From Longimicrobiales bacterium (GTDB lineage Bacteria; Gemmatimonadota; Gemmatimonadetes; Longimicrobiales; Gaopeijiaceae), in the NCBI GenBank assembly GCA_965116905.1, contig OZ220732.1:2080001-2144000 (forward strand): a DNA stretch of 64,000 bases, read 5' to 3'. Position 1 is the stretch's first letter. Every line of letters begins with the position of its first letter. Of this stretch, positions 63,920 to 64,000 are shown piece by piece. A program made the position numbers and the translations under genes. The notes beneath the pieces were generated by a model. That model saw only the letters and a program-made list of their open reading frames with translations. It ran no database searches and was not told where the DNA came from.

Positions 63920-64000
63920 GAGTTGACGGCGTCGACTTCCGGGGGATTATGTAGATGCCCGGAGCTAACGGACTGGAACTGGATCATGGTGTCCCGACCA

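Noticed and set aside
63920..64000. CIRCE element or promoter after hemW
   Set aside because: No TTAGCACTC inverted repeat; TTGACG lacks a well-spaced -10; the downstream gene lies outside the window

Overview
High-GC bacterial chromosomal core region with about 55 CDSs and 4 tRNAs. Gene content and order, Omp85 and the RNAP insertions suggest a diderm organism, tentatively Gemmatimonadota-like; this is inference and was not searched. The left half (1-30.5 kb) is mixed metabolism and envelope genes: fused 2-oxoacid dehydrogenase E1, YyaL, coaE-nrnA-fur-speB-ccdA-thioredoxin, an ABC exporter, ggt, murQ/GT-C/peptidase-Omp85, class II RNR with tandem NrdR boxes, an M20 amidohydrolase, nitrilase, rocD, yggX/dksA and rnd. 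The right half (30.6-64 kb) is an unbroken + strand run: pyk, pgi, tal, smpB, pyrD/F, cysS, tRNA-Thr/Tyr/Gly/Thr, tuf, secE-nusG-rplKAJL-rpoBC, prfA-prmC, YlbF, PIP synthase/ino1, tmk, S41 protease, class 3 asparaginase, obg, dprA and hemW. I found no mobile element, CRISPR array, prophage or defence island, and I cannot claim a clearly new biological system. The strongest unexplained signals are: (i) a tuf gene body with almost only G-ending fourfold codons that switches sharply to C-ending codons near its 3' end; (ii) recurrent short tandem duplications that copy gene ends across stop codons, including a 37-bp higher-order array; (iii) a murQ/GT-C/metallopeptidase-propeller-Omp85 operon; (iv) an ARG-box-like palindrome before rocD; (v) loss of Zn-ligand cysteines in DksA and Fur; and (vi) a phosphatidylinositol-type lipid gene pair. 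Product calls rest on motifs recognised by eye, and start codons were adjusted manually.
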